DNA of 64,000 bases from a virus, in IMG/VR virus record IMGVR_UViG_3300032282_002017, positions 2,531 to 66,530 of that record; one strand, written 5' to 3'. Position 1 is the stretch's first letter. Every line of letters starts with the position of its first letter. Both the position numbers and the translations under genes were made by a program. Shown piece by piece: positions 61,962-64,000 of this stretch. The notes beneath the pieces are model-generated. The model saw nothing but the letters and a program-made list of their open reading frames with translations. It was not told where the DNA came from and searched no databases.

Positions 61962-62929
61962 GAGACGCCTTTGAATTTCATTGCCAGCATCTTTAGAAGA
62001 TTGGTTGTAGAGCCGTTTGGATAACGCTTGAAATGCCTATTGATTGATTTTCTTATTGCAGCCTTATTATCTTTGGGTAGCTTTTTTGCAAACTCTTGAG
62101 AGAAAGCAGACCTGCAACGCCACCACTCTGCTGGCATTTGGTCTATATATTCGCGAGTTACTTGTTCAATTGGCTTTGACCACAGAGAATAACGCTTTTT
62201 GATAGACGAACGCAAAGACCTAACCTTTCTGTGTCGGCAGTCGTAGCAAACCTCAAGAAGTCTGTTGATTTGAAGGCTGGTATCTTCTTTGGGAAAGTCC
62301 GTTGGGTGTAATGCCAATGTTCTTTCCGTCAAAATTTCTTCACGCCCGCTCTCATAGATGGCGTTAATACTACATTTCCCGTATCCATCCGTAAGCCTTG
62401 TGAGATTTTCATGCACGCTGATTTCTACATCGCCACGCCAACTGTTTTCTTGAGCATAATTTGAGCGGTCAACAACCCTTGTCGAGCCGCAATGAACACA
62501 TGAGATTGGAGTGTTAAACCAACGAACGCGAACTTTGTCAACGCAAAGCTCTTTTCTCCACATATTAACCAATGGCGAAAGGTCGTAGCTGGGGAGTATG
62601 TCTTTATCTGCTAGTCCGCGCATCCTCTGTGAATGATACCAAAATTCAACTTTTTCAGTCTTCAATTCAGCAAGAACAATTGGGTCGTATCCGGTGACGT
62701 GATTGTAAATCTCACGTCGTTCTTCTTGATGATGACTATCTCTAGCAACCAAAACATGCACCCACGGTTGGAGTATTAACAACGACTTCCCAAGTTGATC
62801 GCCGTGCTTACAGAGGTCAGTGCTTTGGAAGCGTCGATATGATGAATCAACGACGTGACATGTGTAAACAATTTCAGCGCCAAGCGGATTTGATGGGCTT
62901 CCGCGTGATATGGTCGGTTTCCAACTCAT
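61958..62929 (-). CDS. Hypothetical protein with Cys pairs
   Basis: 323 aa; CVHC and CYDC. Confidence 0.55.
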   Translation of the reverse strand: MSWKPTISRGSPSNPLGAEIVYTCHVVDSSYRRFQSTDLCKHGDQLGKSLLILQPWVHVLVARDSHHQEERREIYNHVTGYDPIVLAELKTEKVEFWYHSQRMRGLADKDILPSYDLSPLVNMWRKELCVDKVRVRWFNTPISCVHCGSTRVVDRSNYAQENSWRGDVEISVHENLTRLTDGYGKCSINAIYESGREEILTERTLALHPTDFPKEDTSLQINRLLEVCYDCRHRKVRSLRSSIKKRYSLWSKPIEQVTREYIDQMPAEWWRCRSAFSQEFAKKLPKDNKAAIRKSINRHFKRYPNGSTTNLLKMLAMKFKGVS

Positions 62930-63495
62930 GACATTTGAGCAAGAATAACAGCAAGTTCCTGACGGGTAAGCTCACAGGCAGAATTAAAGATAACCTTGCC
63001 GGACTTAATCTGCCAAGATGGAGTGGCTGTTGAGCATGGAATCTTCTTGCGACGATCTTCGATAAATGCCCGTTGAGCGCCAAGCGAACGAACGCCATCC
63101 TTGCTAAACACCTGCTTACATTGGTCTTTGGTCAAATCACGGGAGCGCACATTGAGCGTGTCTGTGCCGTTGTCTCGAATAACCAGAAGCTCAACGGAGC
63201 CATCAAGAAGCCTTTGTTGTTCACTCATTGGCATGCGTTGCAGATGCCGTGATGCTGGAAAGTCCATTACCAGCAGTTTTGGCATCACCTGTTGCCGTCC
63301 GATTCGCTCAAATTGAGCCAGTACGTTTTCGGTGATGTAGTCAGATTTTGCCGCAGTGGCAATCTCCTCAAGGCTCATACGGTCAATGTCAACAAGGCGC
63401 ACAACTTCACGCCCTGCTGTTTCCCACGCTTCGATTCCAGCCTCAATAGCTGATTTTAGTGATTCAATTGATGTCGTTTTAGTAGAGAGTTCCAT
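62926..63495 (-). CDS. Hypothetical protein
   Basis: ATG at 63495 with promoter TTGACT-17-TAAAGT just upstream. Confidence 0.6.
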   Translation of the reverse strand: MELSTKTTSIESLKSAIEAGIEAWETAGREVVRLVDIDRMSLEEIATAAKSDYITENVLAQFERIGRQQVMPKLLVMDFPASRHLQRMPMSEQQRLLDGSVELLVIRDNGTDTLNVRSRDLTKDQCKQVFSKDGVRSLGAQRAFIEDRRKKIPCSTATPSWQIKSGKVIFNSACELTRQELAVILAQMS

Positions 63496-63508
63496 AGCAA
63501 TACCAACT

Positions 63509-63787
63509 TTACGGTTCGTTTTGTTTGAAGTCAACAGCGCGTTGCATACTCCACCAAACTTCGGCTTCGCGTCTAGCGTCCTCAATCATTTCAAAAGCGT
63601 CTTCCTTGCCAAGGATTTCGACAAGTTGCTTTTTCAGGTTCTCTACGGTTTTATTGGAAATATCGTAAGCTCTAACGAGGCGCGATGAAGCTGGTTTCTC
63701 GGCTGGTTGAGTTGATTCTTGGACGGCGTTTAACCGCTTTCGCAGGACGGCGATTTGATCTTGGAGGAAGTTTTGTTCTAGGAGCAT
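63509..63787 (-). CDS. Hypothetical coiled-coil protein
   Basis: ATG at 63787. Confidence 0.45.
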   Translation of the reverse strand: MLLEQNFLQDQIAVLRKRLNAVQESTQPAEKPASSRLVRAYDISNKTVENLKKQLVEILGKEDAFEMIEDARREAEVWWSMQRAVDFKQNEP

Positions 63788-63886
63788 AAAGATTTCCCTT
63801 GATGGTAAGAGCGCTTGTGCCATTATAGCAACGCTGCCGCTCTGGTAGGAGTCGGCAGCGTCTAACTCCAAACCCATATCATTACT

Positions 63887-64000
63887 ATGAGCATTAAAGC
63901 TGAAATAAGCATAACCACACTTATGCTGCCGGTCAAGTTTACAGATAAACAACTCGACCAATTCTGGTCAAAAGTGGACAAAACAATTCATCCAAACGGA
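63887..64000 (+). CDS. HNH endonuclease, N-terminal fragment (runs off window)
   Basis: ..QFWSKVDKTIHPNG is the usual HNH_3 start; hairpin leader ACGCTGCCG..CGGCAGCGT at about 63832-63862. Confidence 0.6.
   Translation, partial: MSIKAEISITTLMLPVKFTDKQLDQFWSKVDKTIHPNG

Noticed and set aside
1-64000. Integrase, DNA/RNA polymerase, tRNA, reverse transcriptase or alternative genetic code
   Set aside because: No such motifs were seen. Long ORFs are intact under the standard code and all three stop codons end genes. Lifestyle and host cannot be determined from this window.

Overview
This 64-kb window is part of a tailed dsDNA phage genome. A podovirus-like type is inferred: there is no tape-measure or sheath gene, but there are several large internal/ejection-type proteins. 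No host housekeeping genes, rRNA, tRNA, CRISPR array or integrase were seen. Layout: (i) 1-21.3 kb (+): glycosyltransferases, a nitroreductase, virion proteins and a 4477-aa polyvalent protein; (ii) 21.3-38 kb (-): three more glycosyltransferases, terminase large subunit, DnaB, RuvC, SSB, RecE/RecT, methyltransferases and HNH genes; (iii) 38.4-42.1 kb (-): small early-type genes separated by hairpins; (iv) 42.3-60.2 kb (+): terminase small subunit, portal, scaffold, major capsid, fibre, nucleotide-hydrolase genes and lysis; (v) 60.2-64 kb: mostly (-) small genes. Most notable observations: (1) A GC-rich Dam methylase gene between recT and recE is bounded by two integron attC-like sites. It looks like a gene cassette inserted in inverted orientation, and its start codon is coupled to the recT stop codon inside the attC loop. 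(2) The giant virion protein carries both an OspF/SpvC-like phosphothreonine-lyase module and a PP2C phosphatase module, plus ART-like and zincin-like modules, which suggests an injected anti-kinase toolkit. (3) A promoter-driven ~430-nt structured RNA precedes a small HNH gene. (4) A membrane-anchored stand-alone PAS protein sits at the start of the lysis region. All family calls come from motifs recognised by eye; no database searches were run.
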